DNA of 64,000 bases from Laetmonice hystrix (Eukaryota), in contig OZ249438.1 of assembly GCA_965235115.1 (NCBI GenBank), positions 9,734,001 through 9,798,000 on the forward strand, in the 5' to 3' direction. The translations under genes and the position numbers were made by a program. The notes beneath the pieces are model-generated. The model searched no databases, was not told the origin of the DNA, and saw only the letters and a program-made list of their open reading frames with translations. This document shows positions 25,241-36,993 of this stretch, piece by piece. Numbering within the stretch: the stretch's first letter is position 1; each line of letters opens with the position of its first letter.

Positions 25241-28200
25241 GTCCGGTCTCCTCGTCCGGTCCACCGTCCACCCGGTCCACCGACCCACTCCACCAGTCCG
25301 GTCCACTGGGTGAGGACAGGCCGGAGTACGGCCCATATCTCCCAGAGACTGACCAGACATACAGGACGAGCGCTATCGCAGTCTCCCTCCCCTAACATTC
25401 TGACACACTCATGATAACACATGGTAGAGTGCCGGGGGTGGGGGTAGCATCTCGAGGACGCCGGTAGAGGGCAGGGGTGGCGGTGGGGCTCGGTGTGACA
25501 GATGTACAAATGGCTGCCTCCTTATGTGAAGGACTCTGGCGAGCTTGTCGGGCCTGGAGGTGAGCAGGGTTCAAGAACCTACTGTTGGTTTACGACAAGC
25601 TGTTTTGGGCCGGAGACTAGCGGGGGGGGGGGGGGTGCAGAACAAGAAGTCGTGCTTCCCCTGTCTTGAGGAGACTCCCTGGAGACGTTACAGATACGAG
25701 TGTCGTAAGATATCGTATAAAATTAGATTGTTTGTCGCAAGTGTAAACGAGGGAGTACAACTCTGCTGGATATGAACTTTTCACGACGTAGACATATGTA
25801 TGATAAAAATACCATTTCCGACGCGGGAGTGGATAGAAGCCAGTATGTGATATAAAACTATGGGGAACTAGATGGGGGGGGGGGGGGGGGGCTCATTGTG
25901 ATCCATAAACCCAATTTTCTGCACGTCGTTCGAAGAAGAGGGGCTGCTTCGGAAAACACAATTCTGATTGGATGTGGCGTATGACGTCAGCACAAGATGG
26001 GGCCTTTCGTCACCAACGTAATGTATACTGACGTCAACGTCATTATCAAGACGTCATCCAAACTAACCATAGCGACGTCAGCAAAGAGATTCTGCAAAGG
26101 TTTATTAACTTTTAAAATTTTAATTGATGGTCCCGGAAATCGACAACGTGAAGTTTACCCATTAGGCGTCGCTGTTTCTGGCGTCGTTTGCTGGTCTTTT
26201 CAATGACAGTTAGGCTACTGAAGGTCAACAAGAGACTTTAAAAAAATCTCAAACATATTTCTTCCATGAGTCATATCTCAGTCAAGTGTTATAAGGGGCC
26301 GATTGGAGCATCTAATAAACGTTGAAATCGTCAGTCAGTCATCTGTCAAATGAGCAACGTGAAACGGGACTACAATAATGTGGTATGGCTCACACGGTCT
26401 GCGGACGGCAATTGCTCGGCTAATTCCAAAACATGTTTTTGTGAGAACCAGATTACAGCAAGGAAGTGTAGTGTTACTTCCTTTGTGGCAAATGTGTTTC
26501 TTATTCACTTCTCGGTTAGTTTGCTCATTGCAGCCGAAGCATGCACTTGCAAACTGTTTATCTAGGCAGGTTGACTTGGTTGTTCATCTTCCAGGAAAGA
26601 GCGACTTGGTGATTTACACACAAACTCTTTGTTGGGATAGCGAATTGTCCTATAGAGATTCTATTCATGTGGGATGTAAGAAAAGTTGCATATCAAAGAG
26701 TAAATGGAATATGGAAACGGGGGCATCCTTACTGTGGAAATTAATCTGTGACAAGGACTGTTAGCATTAAATTGTGTGCGTAGAGTCGGGCTGAGGATTA
26801 GCAAGCGATTAGACTTTACTGTGTTAGTGATGTCGCTGTTTGCTGAGCTAGCACCGGGCCAGTGGCGGGCCAGCTGATCACGGTCGGTTGAGGGACAAAC
26901 GAGAGTGTTTATTTCATGTGACAGTCCACAGTGGTGGATGATGGATGACTCGGCGGGGAAGAATACGAGCGGGCTCTCACCTATTAATGCCATGTCTCAG
27001 ACAATACCATGGTCTGATACTTGGGGAGACAGTATGGAAACATTGGCCCAATGAAATATTTGTAAGCAGGAATTCACTGTCAGGCACCTGCCAGCCAGTT
27101 TCTACCTCTGTGCAATGGGAACGGCGAAGATCATGTTTGTATCATCAATGAGAATTTGCTCTGTCATTTTTCGAGTAGCGAAAGAGGAAGACATATCAGA
27201 GGCATTACGTGTGTATTGTGCGGGTGACGTCAACATCACGTGACTGCCCGTCAGACCTCGGTTTGGGATGTGTGAGGGCGGGTACGGAGGGGAACGTTGG
27301 TGAGTAGGGTTAGCACCAGGGGGCGCGCCAGACGTGTGCTGACGAGACTCTCGGGGGAGTAGAGGGCAGGTCTCGCGTGGCTTCAGCAGGTCCGTCGAGT
27401 CGGGGTTGAACTCTGGACCAACCCCAGGTTTTAATTAAGCTCATTAAAATGTTGCCAACTGTCCACTTGGTACAGTGAGTGACGGATCAGGTGTTGGTTG
27501 GGGGTAGTTGGGAGATGCATCCCATGTGCTGTTCATGAACTTTAACCTCTATTATGAAGACCCGGATTAAGAGTGACGGACAGAGTACAACTCATTAACA
27601 TGCCGTGACGTCATACGCTTAAAAGTACACCGCACGTAACTTCGAAAATAAAACTCTTAGCTGTCACCGATAGCAACCTATTGATATGTGAACACGCACT
27701 GTTGCTGCATAACTGCAGTATGATGATCTTTGTTAACTAGCATTCGGGCCGAAGCTATAACATGATAATAGCAGGAGTTTGAAATTGACTCCGCTCTCCG
27801 AAAGTGGCGCTGCAAATGACGTCGAACAACATCCCATAATAGTCACAAGTTCCGGGGAATCCCATGCTAACTTCCCGTATCTCTCCACCATTATTATTTG
27901 AACATACGCTCGCTTTGCAAATATACCTCCGAGGAAACGGGCTTTTAAGCGACGAAAATCGATGTATTCAACAGAATCAGCTAAAAAGGTGAAAATGAAA
28001 GCGAAAGTAGATCATCTGCGCGCGCATAAGGGAATTCCCCTGTTGACCGGTTATCCAAAATGGTGAAGCGGTTCGCAGATAGACCGTTAGATCGCAACGG
28101 AGTCAGCTGAGCTTTCTCACATTACACGTGGTTTGTCTCAATTCTATTTTTTGAGTTTTGCATGTGATACTAAGCTATTTTTACAGGTTTCAGAAACTGC

Positions 28201-28534
28201 GAAGCTTTAAGACTCAGAACTCTCATACCGTGAGATGTAGGATTAGGAACTAGATCTATGTCCGCCGGCGATTCTTGCAATCCTCGATTTGTGCCACAGA
28301 GGACGTGGGGTGAGGTGGGAGGGCCTCTCCATCAGTCGGGAACAATACCCAGATACATCTGATAGTAATGGATGAATAGTCTTAAGGAACATGATTGCTC
28401 TGTTTAAAAAAAATGAAAAAGTGTTACGGGTCCGGTTCTGGCCGAGTGAGACGTACAGGCCGGTTGGCTGGTTGTAACTCGGTGTTACGGGATGGGATAG
28501 GGCCGGGTCAGACGCCAAACAGGCCGGCTTTCTG

Positions 28535-28730
28535 GGACAGCCGTAGAGGTCAGTTGTCAGTAACCCGGTGTAACGGGCCGGGTTAGAGCCGGGTCAGACA
28601 TACCGACCAGTTGTAACCCGGTGTAACGGGCCGGGTCAGACATACAGACCAGTTGTAACCCGGTGTAACGGGCCGGGTCAGACGTACAGACCAGTTGTAA
28701 CCCGGTTTAACGGGCCGGGTTAGCGCCGGG
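28535..28730. repeat. 42-bp tandem repeat, ~4 copies
   Basis: ccagttgtaacccggtgtaacgggccgggtcagacatacaga. Confidence 0.85.
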
Positions 28731-29591
28731 TCAGCCCTGCATACAGAATCACAATATACGGTCCGACCATCTCGAGATGAAGCCATTGTTTTCGTGTCCC
28801 AATAAAACTAATCCCCCGTAATTGAGCGGGCCGCCGCCGGTCAGCCCTTCCCTACCCTCCCCGGCCCCTATAACTGGCCAGTTGTTTATGACAGCGCCAG
28901 TTTTTACACGTCTGTGATCATGAAAGGACTACGATAAGTTTTCCCGGCGCGGATAGATTCGTCCCGAGGTAAGCTGTCCGGTTTATCTGTCAGTATCAGA
29001 ACGGTAAGCATTGTGTTGGGTGGGGCGACACGACAGCCTGCCCCTCCCCCTCCCCCTGACAACGGATGGAGGAGGGGGGACGGGCCCCTCCGACCTGCTG
29101 TACACGTCACCCGCTCCGCCAGGGAAAGCCACTTCTAATTGAGGTGATGATTTACGAGCTATCCCTGCACAGGGAAGGCCTGCGGGGGAAAGACTTTTGC
29201 CAAGTAATGGGGCATGAAATATTCCATTCTTCGGCAGCGATTTGCATGAAAGTGCGAAACAAAAGGCGAGCTGACGAAGGTTAACTGGGTGCGCCGCCAG
29301 CTGTCCAGGCCGGGCCGGGCTGGACTGAGCCGGGCCGGGGACAGCTGGTGTGGTGAACTGCCGGCGCCGGGTCCGTCAGTCCGCCCGGCCGAGGTATTGT
29401 CCCCGGACCGTCGGTCTCATGGCCGGGCCACTGGACGGGGAGAGGAGGCCGGGGGTTCTGCGGTGTTGTCAAAGTACATTACCAGCCTTGGATACGGCCA
29501 CCTCACCCCCCTCCCTTCAAAAAATAAAAAAATGTCAGTGGTACCCGCTCTTCATGACGTTATAATTGAGGTAGTACGCGACTCTCCACGT

Positions 29592-30345
29592 TGGATGGGG
29601 GATGGGAAGGGCGGAGGGCTTGTTTGGATGGGGATGGGGAGGGTGGAGGGCTTGTTTGGATGGGGATGGGGAAGGGCGGAGGGCTTGTTTGGATGGGGAT
29701 GGGGAAGGGCGGAGGGCTTGTTTGGATGGGGAAGGGCGGAGGGCTTGTTTGGATGGGGAAGGGCGGAGGGCTTGTTTGGATGGGGGATGTGGAAGGGCGG
29801 AGGGCTTGTTTGGATGGGGGACGGGGAAGGGCGGAGGGCTTGTTTGGATGGGGGATGGGGAAGGGCGCAGGACTTGTTTGGATGGGGGATGGGGAGGGCT
29901 TGTTTGGATGGGGGATGGGGAAGGGCGCAGGGCTTGTTTGGATGGGGGACGGGGAAGGGCGGAGGGCTTGTTTGGATGGGGGAAGGGCGGAGGGCTTGTT
30001 TGGATGGGGGATGGGGAAGGGCGCAGGGCTTGTTTGGATGGGGGATGGGGAGGGCTTGTTTGGATGGGGGATGGGGAAGGGCGCAGGGCTTGTTTGGATG
30101 GGGGATGGGGAGGGCTTGTTTGGATGGGGGATGGGGAAGGGCGCAAGGCTTGTTTGGATGGGGGATGGGGAAGGGCGGAGAGCTTGTTTGGATGGGGGAT
30201 GGGGAAGGGCGGAGAGCTTGTTTGGATGGGGGATGTGGAAGGGCGGAGAGCATGTTTAGATGGGGATGGGGAAGGGCGGAGAGCTTGTTTAGATGAGGGA
30301 TGGGTAAGGGCGGAGAGCTTGTTTAGATGGGGGATGGGGAAGGCT
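29592..30345. repeat. G-rich variable-unit minisatellite (~23-35 bp)
   Basis: gggcttgtttggatgggggatggggaagggcgga. Confidence 0.93.
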
Positions 30346-30918
30346 TGTTCAGCCCAATCCGGAATATTATTGAAGTATTGATATAGATTTTCCGAGGGGC
30401 ACTTGTGTTAACATGATGAAACAATGTGAGCAGTAATATGCTTTACTAGACTTTATGTGAATGATATTGCTGCGGGTTCTCAACCACCCTGTAAATGGGC
30501 GGCGGGTAGGTGCGGCTAAGTTAATAACAGCTCATAAAATCGCAGTTGAACCACCTGGCCCGGCTTATGGCGCGACAGACAGAGTTCATTTCATCACACA
30601 AATTGAGCAGAAGATTACCTCGGACTGGGGTCAGATTTTCCGTCCCAGTGGGTCTGATTTGACTGGTTTAATACGGGGCCAGGGTTTGGGTTACCGGGTC
30701 AGTTCCATGGTTACAGGCCCTGATGTCTGGTTACAAGGCTTGGGGTCTTGTTACGGGGCCAAGGGTCTGGTTACATGGTATGGTGCCTTGTTGTGGGCCC
30801 TGTTCTTCAAGGACTATAGAGAAGAAAGCATTGGACATCTAAATTGAATGAATGAAACCAAATAAATTAAACCAAATCTAATGTACATCACTGATGTATG
30901 CATTTTGGTTTAAACTTT

Positions 30919-31377
30919 CAGCCCTGATTGCGGCGTCAGTATTGATGTGATTAGTGTATGTTAACCATGAGGTTGTGCGGTTGTTCACGTGGTCCCTCTC
31001 TCTCTGTCTCCAGGTGGACGGACCCACTGGACCAGCCCTGATTGCGGCGTCAGTATTGATGTGATTAGTGTATGTTAACTATGAGGTTGTGCGGTTGTTC
31101 ACGTGGTCCCTCTCTCTGTCTCCAGGTGGACGGACCCACTGGACCAGCCCTGATTGCGGCGTCAGTATTGATGTGATTAGTGTATGTTAACCATGAGGTT
31201 GTGCGGTTGTTCACGTGGTCCCTCTCTCTCTGCCTCCATGTGGATGGACCCACTGGACCAGCCCTGATTGCGGCGTCAGTATTGATGTGATTAGTGTATG
31301 TTAACTATGAGGTTGTGCGGTTGTTCACGTGGTCCCTCTCTCTCTGTCTCCAGGTGGACGGACCCACTGGACCAGCC
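30919..31377 (+). repeat. 112-114-bp array x4 spanning the acceptor of exon A
   Basis: each unit ends ...ccctctctctctgtctccag|gtggacggacccactggaccagcc; exon-like starts at 31014, 31126, 31240 (AG changed to AT) and the real start at 31354. Confidence 0.95.
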
Positions 31378-31520
31378 AGTGCCGGACGCCGGCCGGATCC
31401 GGGTCCAGGACGGTCGACTCTACATGACCAACCTCCAGCCGGACGACTCGGGTAACTACACGTGTACGGCACAGAACATCGCCGGTACCCGCCAGGCCAG
31501 CGTCTGGGTCGTCGTTTCAG
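31354..31520 (+). CDS. PTK7: PTK7-like receptor exon A (second half of Ig4)
   Basis: Pyrimidine tract + ctccag|G acceptor, tcag|gtaggt donor; 167 nt (phase 2 to phase 1). Encodes WTDPLDQPVPDAGRIRVQDGRLYMTNLQPDDSGNYTCTAQNIAGTRQASVWVVVS with the Ig DxGxYxC motif; resembles human PTK7 Ig4 as recalled (..DAGVYTCHAANLAGQRRQDVNITVA). Confidence 0.9.
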
Positions 31521-31920
31521 GTAGGTGACACGTGATAGGGTGACACGTGGTGGGTGACACGTGGAGGGGTCACACGTGGTGGGTGACACGTGATGAGGTG
31601 ACACGTGATAGGGTGACACGTAGTGGGTGACACGTGATAGGGTGACACGTGATGGGGTGACACGTGATGGAGGGACACTTGGTGGGGTAGCACGTGGTGG
31701 GGGTAACACGTGATGGCTTGACACGGGGGGCACGTGATGGGTGACACGTGGTGGGGATACATAGCGGAGACTCGTGGTGTGACACGTGGTAGGTGACACG
31801 TGACAGGTCACGTGATTGTGGACACGTGACGGGTCACAATATGTGACACATGATGCCATGGGAACACGTGCCAGAGATTTGACAAGTGACATTTTGTCCC
31901 GTGGTGGGAACACGTGATGG
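31521..31920. repeat. degenerate gtgacacgtg array starting at the exon A donor
   Basis: about 19 CACGTG hexamers by my count. Confidence 0.85.
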
Positions 31921-32039
31921 GTAAAGTGGTCAGGTTGATTGAACACGGGGTTATGCCCCTTGCTCAGCGCGACAGCGAGTCCCAAAAGGCCCCAAAAGGC
32001 AATATGTCTGGGTTGAGGAAATGCAATGAGATATGCCTT

Positions 32040-32420
32040 GTGGGCTAGACCTGCCCCGGCCTGTACTGACTGCAGTCCACATACTCCACCCTCACTCCAC
32101 CCTGCCCTGGGACCCTGGCCTTGTGGGCTAGACCTGCCCCGGCCTGGACTGACTGCAGTCCACATACTCCACCCTCACTTCACCCTGCCCTGGGACCCTG
32201 GCCTTGTGGGCTAGACCTGCCCCGGCCTGGACTGACTGCAGTCCACATACTCCACCCTCACTCCACCCTGCCCTGGGACCTGCCCCGGCCTGGACTGACT
32301 GCAGTCCACATACTCCACCCTCACTCCACCCTGCCCTGGGACCTGCCCCGGCCTGGACTGACTGCAGTCCGCACGCCCCACCCTCACTCCACCCTGCCCT
32401 GGGACCCTGGCCTTGTGGGG
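32040..32420. repeat. 83-bp repeat with shorter variants, ~5 copies
   Basis: gggctagacctgccccggcctggactgactgcagtccacatactccaccctcactccaccctgccctgggaccctggccttgt at 32042, 32125, 32208. Confidence 0.9.
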
Positions 32421-33074
32421 ACAACAATTACATTGTCACCATGAAACCACAAGGACAACCAACTCTAACAGTCCCAGATATTTACGACATTGTGGACCGT
32501 CATATTGCAGCTTCACTAATGAAAGTAATCTTCTTCTATTTTTGATTAATCTACCCTCAAAACACTGAAAAAGGTGCCGTATGAAAGCTTCATTAGCGCA
32601 GTCCGCAGGTTGCCATGGGAGAGCCACTGAAGCTGTCGTTCTAATATCAGCCGTAATTACTTACACTTAGATCACACTCCGTAATGTGCAAGAATTAATT
32701 GCGAGAGAAAATTGAATTTTTCACATATAATTGGACGGTGGGAGAGGTTTGGGTTGAGACAATGGCTTTGTGTTCCACGTGTGACGGAGGGGTCGGGCCG
32801 CCCATCACTCGGCCGACCAGTTTGGGGCGTAATGATATGAACATTTAACACCTGTGTGATGACTTCATGTGCTATCATCGTGTTTGATCAGCATTACGGC
32901 CGGGGTCGGGCGGAGAGTCGGGCCAGCCGGTGTCTATATGGGCCGCCACTGATTGAGTTTATCAACGTCTCTCAGACCAGCCTCCACCGAACAAAGCAGG
33001 GGCCGGCAAAATGGTGGCCTAATAAGTAAGGGTGGGGGTGGGGGGTGGGGGGTGGCCAAAACAGAGCTTCGTTC

Positions 33075-33650
33075 GGTCAGGGCTACGTCATGGCCTGCAA
33101 CACTGGACGGAAACAAGTAGGTCAGGGCTACGTCACGGCCTGCAACACTGGACGGAAACAAGTCGGTCAGGGCTACGTTATGGCCTGCAACACTGGATGG
33201 AAACAAGTTGGTCAGGGCTACGTCACGGCCTGCAACACTGGACGGAAACAAGTCGGTCAGGGCTACGTCATGGCCTGCAACACTGGATGGAAACAAGTCG
33301 GTCAGGGCTACGTTATGGCCTGCAACACTGGATGGAAACAAGTCAGTCAGGGCTACGCCATGGCCTGCAACACTGGACGGAAACAAGTCTGTCAGGGCTA
33401 CGTTATGGCCTGCAACACTGGATGGAAACAAGTCGGTCAGGGCTACGTTATGGCCTGCAACACTGGATGGAAACAAGTCTGTCAGGGCTACGTCACAACC
33501 TGCAACACTGGACGGAAACAAGTCGGTCAGGGCTACGTCACGGCCTGCAACACTGGATGGAAACAAGTTGGTCAGGGATATATCATGGCCTGCTACACTG
33601 CACGGAAACAAGTCAGTCAGGGCTACGTCACAGCCTGCAACACTACCTCA
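33075..33650. repeat. 45-bp minisatellite, ~13 copies
   Basis: ggtcagggctacgtcatggcctgcaacactggacggaaacaagtc. Confidence 0.95.
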
Positions 33651-35019
33651 CGGCTTGCAACCCGGGATGGAAACATCTTGGTCATTTCCGTGTCAGACAA
33701 TGTTCGTCGATCGACGTATTCCATTTTTCATCATATTACCACGTTCGTTTTCTTTCCACTCCTCTCTACGAAAAGTAATGAAACGCGCTAAATGTAAAAC
33801 GTTATATAAAAAGTCAGACAGGGAAAGTCATTTTGTTGAACGAGCACGGTGAAAATATGGACTGCTCCCTACTGCCTAGCATTATATGGTCGAAATTTAT
33901 TAAGTATAAAATCTCAGCCGACAAAAATTTCCGAAAAATCTCTAAGGATAACTCTGTTAGAAGTAGGCGGCGGCCGGATGATGATGGGATGTAGTTAAGC
34001 CCCCCCCCCACCATCCACTGACTCCTTCAGTACCGTCAGTGTTGTAGAGAGTGATTGACACTACATTAAACTACCTATTTGTCAGCTCTTGGTATTATTT
34101 CATTTTTAATGTGTACTCCACGGATGATGGCCTCCAGAGCGCAAATTGATTCATAGTTTTTGAGAGGCTGCCGTGGTCCGATGTCATGTGGAACCGCAAT
34201 TGTGTAATCTTTTAGATTAATTATCAAGAAATGCATCTTAAAAATGATCGAATTTCAATTCTGATTAATTATGTTTAATGAAAAATGTACCCCCCGTGTG
34301 GGTACTCCAAGGTGCTGAAGGCAACGCCCTCTCAAGGCCGGGAGGGATACGAAATGTGGGTCAGTGGTTCTGGTGCTACCCATGGAACTTTTAATTAGCA
34401 TAATTATTTGTAATACCTCCTGCAGCGCGCGGACCGTGGGCCCCCCTCACCTGGACCGGGCCGGGTGCTGAGCCCGGTCCTGTACGAGCCTTATCGGGCT
34501 GGGGCCGGCCCGGCCTGGCCCGTATCTCCGGGACACGACCGTGCGGATCGCTTTGTTTCCCGGCATTATAATATCAATTGTTACTTGGCCTTGTTATTGC
34601 CACTGTCTACGGCTTCTCTTTGTGCTGGGCAGTTCGTTTGTTTGCAGAGTTGAGGCTCTGGCACCGAGAGTGTAAAACAAGTGGCTTAGCCCCAACTCTC
34701 CGCCGAGACCCTTCCTTATCGGCCTCAGGCAGCGGGAGCGGCGCGGCCAGGGCAACCAGGGAGTTGGGAGAACTTTATGATCTGACTCACAGCACACACA
34801 GCACCGTGCTGGGACGGCGGCGGCTAGGGCCGGCCTCCCCTTGCTGGAGATAAGGCCGCAGGCTGCGTCAGGGTAAGGCCCGCACCCCCAGCTCTCCGTG
34901 GACGGGGCTCGTACCCCTACTCCGAGAGTCCCCGGAGTCGCAGTGGCTTCAAGATCTACATTTCCTGCAGAGTCCTCCGCTCGGTACCTTCCGCACTCTG
35001 TCCTCCGGTCTTACCCCTC

Positions 35020-35590
35020 ATAGCCATGGGTCTCACCCCTCATAGCCATGGGTCTCAACCCTCATAGCCACGGCTCTCAACCCTCATAGCCATGGGTCTC
35101 ACCCCTCATAGCCATGGGTCTCACCCCTCATAGCCATGGGTCTCACCCCTCATAGCCATGGGTCTCACCCCTCAAAACCATGGGTCTCACCCCTCATAGC
35201 CATGGGTCTCAACCCTCAAAACCATGGGTCTCACCCCTCATAGCCATGGGTCTCACCCCTCATAGCCACTGGTCTCATCCCTCATAGCCATGGGTCTCAC
35301 CCCTCATAGCCATGGGTCTCACCCCTCATAGCCATAGGTCTCACCCCTCATAGCCATGGGTCTCACCCCTATAGGCCATGGGTCTCACCCCTCATAGCCA
35401 TGGGTCTCACCCCTCATAGCCACGGGTCTCACCCCTCATAGCCATGGGTCTCACCCCTATAGGCCATGGGTCTCACCCCTCATAGCCATGGGTCTCATCC
35501 CTCATAGCCACGGGTCTCACCCCTCATAGCCACCGGTCTCACCCCTCATAGCCATGGGTCTCACCCCTCATATCCACCGGTCTCAACCCA
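35020..35590. repeat. 22-bp minisatellite, ~26 copies
   Basis: agccatgggtctcacccctcat. Confidence 0.95.
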
Positions 35591-36199
35591 CTCATCCTCC
35601 CTCACCGTCGTCCCCGTCCTGAGGGCCAGCAGCTAGCCACAAACCTCCTTTATCTACCCACATCGGGCAGCAAGCCGTGAAATTGGAAATTCCACCCGGG
35701 CTTTTTATCAGTTTTGATGATTGCCTTGCTTAATTAGTTGAAGTTGATTGTTGTTAGGGTGTTGAGTGTATTTGGTTTTCAGGCTGATGGCCTCGTCAGT
35801 GCCCGCAGAGAGGGGAGGAGATTGTGGTTTTTGTAAGATCCTTTACATTGTCCGCTGGGGAACATTTCAGCTTAACAGGAATTTGTTTTTCAACCTCGCT
35901 GTCAGCACATAGGACCGTTTGTTTGGAGTGTCAACTCTACTCTGGGACTAGGAATTAGGTTATTTAGTGAACATCTCAAAACCAAAAAATGACAGTTTGA
36001 TAAGCTATAATTAAAAGATAAGGAACATCAGAATTAATAATTCTGACTCAGAATTTCTGTCACGTCACCATGGCAAGAAGTCGAGGAAAATGATTTTATA
36101 ATATACAAGAGCCCCGGGCTGTTTTAAGTGTGGTTTACTGTAAATGATTGTAATGAGTCATAAATAAATGTGATCTCCTCATGGGGATTGTTTGAATGG

Positions 36200-36365
36200 T
36201 CCACGAAATATTGGGCGAAAGTAAAGATCCATAGCCCTGACGTTATCCCTAACCCCAAACCCTGGTCCCTATACCTCCCAAAAACATATCCCCTATCCCT
36301 ATCACTGACCTTAACCCGAACCCCTGCCAAAGATTTTGTAGGGAAGTTATCATGGGGGAATAATC
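36200..36365. mobile_element. dispersed non-autonomous element, copy 1
   Basis: shares ccacgaaat...agtaaag.tccatagccctgac.ttatccctaac...ccctatccct...gaccttaacccgaaccc...ggaagtta.catgg..gaataa with 51930-52115. Confidence 0.65.
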
Positions 36366-36936
36366 TACGAAAGAGGGCAAACACTTGAGATGATACAGCA
36401 AGACACCCGCGTACCGGGACAATATCATACTCGTTTCAATAAGTGGCAAGGGTTCCCTAACTTTTAACACACAACATCTGGGCTTTGATAACCCAGTCGA
36501 GGACACTAGTTGGGCGGACTGCGCGCGTTAAACACCTACTACTCACTCACTCACTCACCGATAGCGGGGAACAAACCAGTTGATCTTGAAAGTGATCAGA
36601 TGACTGAGATGGGGCAGGCACACGGAGCAGAATGCTGGTATATGGCAGTCAGGAAAGTTTGGAGACAGCCGGAGACGATATGATCAACCTGGAGGGTTGT
36701 ACGTGGTTTATACGTATTGACGACTCATAGTACAATCACACCCAGGGTAAAGTCTCCAGATCAGTTCGGAAACTGAATGGTTTCCAAGGCAGGACAGTGG
36801 AGACTGGGGTTCTCCATCAGTTGGTATGGAGTGTACGTAGGGCGTATGTACCTTTGTTTATCTTGTCGGGTCCTCCCTGAGCTGGTCGTCCTGCCCGCTG
36901 GCCGCTGGAGGGGGATAGTGGACCCGGAGGGCTGTC

Positions 36937-36940
<4 letters not shown>

Positions 36941-36992
<52 letters not shown>
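36941..36992. repeat. (AG)n microsatellite, ~26 units
   Basis: uninterrupted AG run. Confidence 0.98.

Positions 36993-36993
<1 letters not shown>

Noticed and set aside
27249-27299. Candidate upstream exon ending TG|gtgagt that would give WW with exon A
   Set aside because: The peptide DLGLGCVRAGTEGER lacks the PxGxPxP pattern and the Cys-Trp spacing expected for the first half of Ig4; weak pyrimidine tract.
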